Positions 27,816 to 30,827 of a DNA stretch of 30,827 nt are shown piece by piece. Below the pieces are notes generated by a model. The model saw nothing but the letters and a program-made list of their open reading frames with translations. It was not told the origin of the DNA and made no database searches. The position numbers were made by a program, and so were the translations under genes. The DNA comes from a virus (Duplodnaviria; Heunggongvirae; Uroviricota; Caudoviricetes): the IMG/VR virus record IMGVR_UViG_2897375277_000004; one strand, given 5' to 3'. The first letter of the stretch is position 1. The number at the start of each line of letters is the position of its first letter.

Positions 27816-28120
27816 TACCAGCTCCTTTTGTCGTTCAGCTTCTTAAATTCATCAGCGCAATAGCTGGCGATTTCTGTCGTTAATTTTGTCAGTTCATCCA
27901 CGGATGAAATTTGCTTATGAAATACAGCGCGTTTAACAAGTAAATTGACCACATCAGACAGGAGATTTAATTCGTTCTGATAAATCGCGAAAACAGATTC
28001 AGTTATTTCGCGTTTTTCTTTATCAAGACCAAGTTGAATAAGAGACAAATCGCCATTTTTCATAACGGCGATTTTTAAGGCGTTATTCAGTAATACAACT
28101 GAATGAGAACAGGACATCAA
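27815..28120 (-). CDS. Hypothetical AT-rich small protein (101 aa)
   Basis: ORF in translationally coupled early operon; composition visibly more AT-rich than neighbours. Confidence 0.6.
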
Positions 28121-28341
28121 AGCACCTCCCCGCGAGATAATCCGATATTGTGAAATTTTTCCGACTCCTGACTGAGCAGCTCGACTATCTCCACGCGGGA
28201 TAACTCCGCCTTTGTGATGTGGCGAATCATGGCGTCAAGATGAGAAGAAAAGCGCGTCGCAGCGTCGGCCTGTGCTTCGGTTCTGGCCTGTTGCAGCAGT
28301 AATGCGTATATACCGCACTGATTTTCAGAAACTGTATGCAT
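28117..28341 (-). CDS. Small early-region protein, function unknown
   Basis: 74-aa ORF overlapping the next gene by 4 nt. Confidence 0.6.
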
Positions 28342-28404
28342 GACTTTCTCCAGGCAAAAAGAAGCCCCGCACGATTAAGTGCGTTAAAAACTCTGGTTAA
28401 TTAT

Positions 28405-28905
28405 TTAATGCAGATATTGCTCTGGTTTTACCGACGTCAGAATTGTCGGTGCGTACTCAAACAGGCTGAATAATTCACGTAATGCACGGAATAAAGCATC
28501 ACGCCAGTAACATGATTCTTCATTAATTCGCCAGTATGGCTGGTTGAATTCTTTTTCAGTCAATCCGGCATGCATAAATAAAGTACGACGCTGACTGACT
28601 GTTAAAAAACTAATATATGCATACTCACTTGCGCCAACCTGACGGCGTTTTGAGAATGCCCCACGCAATTCATCAATTGCACAAACCAGCCGTTCACGTT
28701 CGACGTCGTTCATTTCTTCAAAACGCATCGTTGCGTGACGCTGTTTTAACTGCGCATGAAAGCAAACCGTTAACCGTTCGCGCTCCATCATCTGATTATA
28801 ATAATCACATGTATCCTGCCAGCGAGGGACGGCAAGATGCTTACCAATTATCCGGCGCATAGCTGCTGGCTGTTTTTCAACGAGATTAAGCGTCATCACT
28901 GTCAT
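28405..28905 (-). CDS. B: Replication protein B (helicase-loader-like)
   Basis: About 166-aa product (MTVMTLNLVEKQP...); P2 gpB position after cox; start codon choice uncertain. Confidence 0.8.
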   Translation of the reverse strand: MTVMTLNLVEKQPAAMRRIIGKHLAVPRWQDTCDYYNQMMERERLTVCFHAQLKQRHATMRFEEMNDVERERLVCAIDELRGAFSKRRQVGASEYAYISFLTVSQRRTLFMHAGLTEKEFNQPYWRINEESCYWRDALFRALRELFSLFEYAPTILTSVKPEQYLH

Positions 28906-29099
28906 TTCCATACCCTCCGGCTTTTCAGAAAGGTCAGAGCCTTCTTTAACGGACTCTGTTTTTTGGTGCGGATAATGATTCCCTTGCGCCCCTTCCCGTG
29001 GGTGATGGTGAAGTCAATCGCCCTGGGGCTTTCGTTACGCAGTAACTGAGCAATACAACGCGGCTCATTCATAATCACAACCCCATCCACAAAAGCCAT
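28902..29099 (-). CDS. Possible small ORF between cox and B
   Basis: 65-aa ORF overlapping the cox 3' end; start uncertain; may be spurious. Confidence 0.35.
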   Translation of the reverse strand: MAFVDGVVIMNEPRCIAQLLRNESPRAIDFTITHGKGRKGIIIRTKKQSPLKKALTFLKSRRVWK

Positions 29100-29362
29100 G
29101 CATCACGCTGTTCAACCGGTCGGTTATAAAACGCCTCACGTACAGCGCGATTAAACTCAGGAATGAAAACCCATTTTTCACCGGCACGAGCCTTCGGTTT
29201 GCAAGGATCACGCAATTCAATAATTGGTAATTTATTTGCCTTCACCATTTCACTGACGGCTGTCTTTGGCTTCCCTAATAAATCAGCAAATTTATCCACA
29301 TGAACCGCATCAAGCGGATACTGAATCACATAATTTTCAGCGTCCATATATGGTACCCTCAT
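29075..29362 (-). CDS. cox: Cox excisionase/repressor of Pc
   Basis: 95-aa ORF with the P2 Cox-like pattern KLPIIEL...RAGEKWVFIPEFN...RPVEQRDAWLLWMGL; first gene of the early operon, divergent from C. Confidence 0.8.
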   Translation of the reverse strand: MRVPYMDAENYVIQYPLDAVHVDKFADLLGKPKTAVSEMVKANKLPIIELRDPCKPKARAGEKWVFIPEFNRAVREAFYNRPVEQRDAWLLWMGL

Positions 29363-29428
29363 AGGATCCAGCCCTTTCTAAACCACTCAAAACCGTTTAG
29401 ACGCTGGTTTATTCTCAAATCAATGGAA

Positions 29429-29472
29429 CCTATATAGGTTCCAGTTTTGAGGGAATTTAGTCCCTATATAGG
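29429..29472. promoter_or_regulatory. Two copies of the 10-bp palindrome CCTATATAGG, 34 bp apart centre to centre; candidate operator sites
   Basis: Read directly at 29429..29438 and 29463..29472 in the C/cox intergenic region; they flank the candidate -10 of the early promoter. Confidence 0.5.
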
Positions 29473-29483
29473 CACCATGTCAA
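29454..29483 (-). promoter_or_regulatory. Candidate early promoter Pe (minus strand: -35 TTGACA, 18-bp spacer, -10 TAAATT)
   Basis: Consensus TTGACA at 29478..29483 abutting the C start codon; -10 at 29454..29459; directs transcription toward cox. Confidence 0.45.
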
Positions 29484-29777
29484 ATGAAATTAAGCGAAAA
29501 GATTAAGGCCTTGCGTGAGGCTGAAGGGCTAAGCCAATCAAAATTCTGTGAAATCATAGAGTTACCGCTAAGCACACTTAAAAAATATGAAGGAGGAAAC
29601 TTTGAACCCGGTGGCACAGCTTTGCTAAAAATCACTATGCATCCCACATTCCAAAAATATGCTCTATGGCTTATGACAGATAAAACCGCGCCGGACGCAG
29701 GACAAATCGCACCGGCTCTCGCGCACATTGGGCCAGAGTCAACAGAGTCCAACCACTCCGCGAAAAGGATTGGCTAA
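29484..29777 (+). CDS. C: Immunity repressor C
   Basis: 97-aa ORF with the P2 C-like segment ...QIAPALAH...; upstream of int on the same strand. Confidence 0.88.
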   Translation: MKLSEKIKALREAEGLSQSKFCEIIELPLSTLKKYEGGNFEPGGTALLKITMHPTFQKYALWLMTDKTAPDAGQIAPALAHIGPESTESNHSAKRIG

Positions 29778-29797
29778 CTCTATATAAAGATTATATT

Positions 29798-29824
29798 TTC
29801 ACCATTTGCTACCAAGATGGTGAA
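29798..29824. other. 8-bp inverted repeat TTCACCAT / ATGGTGAA (11-nt loop) between C and int
   Basis: Read directly; position suggests a regulatory hairpin or protein-binding site ahead of int. Confidence 0.35.
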
Positions 29825-29846
29825 TACAGCGCCGGAGGGCTTTCTT

Positions 29847-30827
29847 ATGGCAATTAAGAAGCTCGATGATGGTCGCTATGAAGTGGACATTAGACCTCGC
29901 GGTCGCGACGGAAAACGCATCCGCAGGAAATTCGAAAGAAAAGCTGAAGCACTAGCATTTGAGCGATACACAATCGCCAATGCCAGTCAGAAAGAATGGG
30001 GAGGCCAGCGAGCAGACCGCCGAACTTTGAGTGAGTTGCTGGACATCTGGTGGAAATATCACGGGCAAAACCACGAGCATGGAACAAAAGAGTTTAATCA
30101 TCTACTCAAAACCATCAGCGGCATAGGTGATATACCAGTGAGCCGGATGAGCAAAAGGGCTTTGATGGATTATCGTTCCATACGACTACGTGATGGTATC
30201 AGTGCCGCAACGATAAACCGTGACATGTACCGATTATCCGGCATGTTCACAAAATTAATTCAATTGGATGAATTTTCCGGGCAACACCCAATTCACGGAC
30301 TGCCGCCACTGGCGGAGGCCAACCCTGAAATGACGTTCCTGGAAAAAGCAGAAATCGAAAAACTGTTAAATGTTTTGGCTGGTGATGACTTACTTGTCGC
30401 GCTTTTATGTCTGAGCACTGGAGGAAGATGGACGGAAGTTGCCACGCTAAAACCAGCACAGATTACAAATTGCAGGGTTACCTTCCTGAAAACCAAAAAC
30501 GGTAAAAAGCGAACCGTGCCGATTTCTGAGGAACTGGAGAAAAAAGTTAAAGAGGAGGCAAGCGCCAAATTATTCAAAGTTGATTATGAGAAATTTTGCG
30601 GGATTTTACGCAGAGTGAAACCTGATATACCACCCAATCAGGCAACCCACATCCTGCGGCATACATTCGCAAGCCATTTCATGATGAACGGGGGCAATAT
30701 AATCGCACTGCAACAGATTCTGGGACATGCGAGCATTCAGCAGACGATGGCCTATGCGCACCTTGCGCCTGACTACCTGCAAAATGCCGTCGCTCTGAAT
30801 CCACTAAAAGGCGGAGTGACGTTATAA
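29847..30827 (+). CDS. int: Tyrosine integrase (P2 Int family)
   Basis: 326-aa product from Met at 29847 (MAIKKLDDGRYEVDIRP...); C-terminal catalytic motifs HILRHTFASHF and MAYAHL; window ends at its stop codon. Confidence 0.92.
   Translation: MAIKKLDDGRYEVDIRPRGRDGKRIRRKFERKAEALAFERYTIANASQKEWGGQRADRRTLSELLDIWWKYHGQNHEHGTKEFNHLLKTISGIGDIPVSRMSKRALMDYRSIRLRDGISAATINRDMYRLSGMFTKLIQLDEFSGQHPIHGLPPLAEANPEMTFLEKAEIEKLLNVLAGDDLLVALLCLSTGGRWTEVATLKPAQITNCRVTFLKTKNGKKRTVPISEELEKKVKEEASAKLFKVDYEKFCGILRRVKPDIPPNQATHILRHTFASHFMMNGGNIIALQQILGHASIQQTMAYAHLAPDYLQNAVALNPLKGGVTL

Larger units (their letters stand above)
1..30827. mobile_element. P2-like prophage, near-complete (ogr to int); att ends not contained in window
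   Basis: Colinear set of P2 late, lysis, packaging, replication, switch and integrase genes with matching protein lengths; internal cos site at 22342..22360. Confidence 0.9.

Noticed and set aside
1-30827. CRISPR arrays, tRNA/rRNA genes, IS elements or transposase genes
   Set aside because: No repeat-spacer periodicity, no tRNA-like cloverleaf candidates and no transposase-like ORFs were seen; the only mobile element supported is the prophage itself.

Overview
The window is essentially one near-complete P2-type (Peduovirus-like) temperate prophage of an enterobacterial host, running from ogr at the left edge to the integrase at the right edge; the att junctions lie outside the window. Gene order and protein lengths are colinear with phage P2 as I recall its annotation: ogr-D-U-T-E/E'-FII-FI on the minus strand, then the tail fibre/baseplate block G-H-I-J-W-V, S-R, the lysis cassette lysC/lysB/lysA-K-Y, X-L-M-N-O, a divergent late-promoter region, P-Q on the plus strand, the 19-nt cos site, then the early region A-(four small ORFs)-B-cox on the minus strand, the C/cox switch, and C-int on the plus strand. 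Two visibly AT-rich single-gene cargo islands interrupt this backbone at the two classical P2 variable loci. One sits at the Z/fun position between FI and G and encodes a 368-aa protein of unknown function. The other sits at the tin/old position between cos and A and encodes a 735-aa Rad50/SMC-like ABC ATPase with a CxxC hook and an extra C-terminal domain. These two cargo genes are the best candidates for an undescribed anti-phage or exclusion function. All homology statements are from reading the translated ORFs and from memory of P2; no database search was run. No rRNA, tRNA or CRISPR array was seen.
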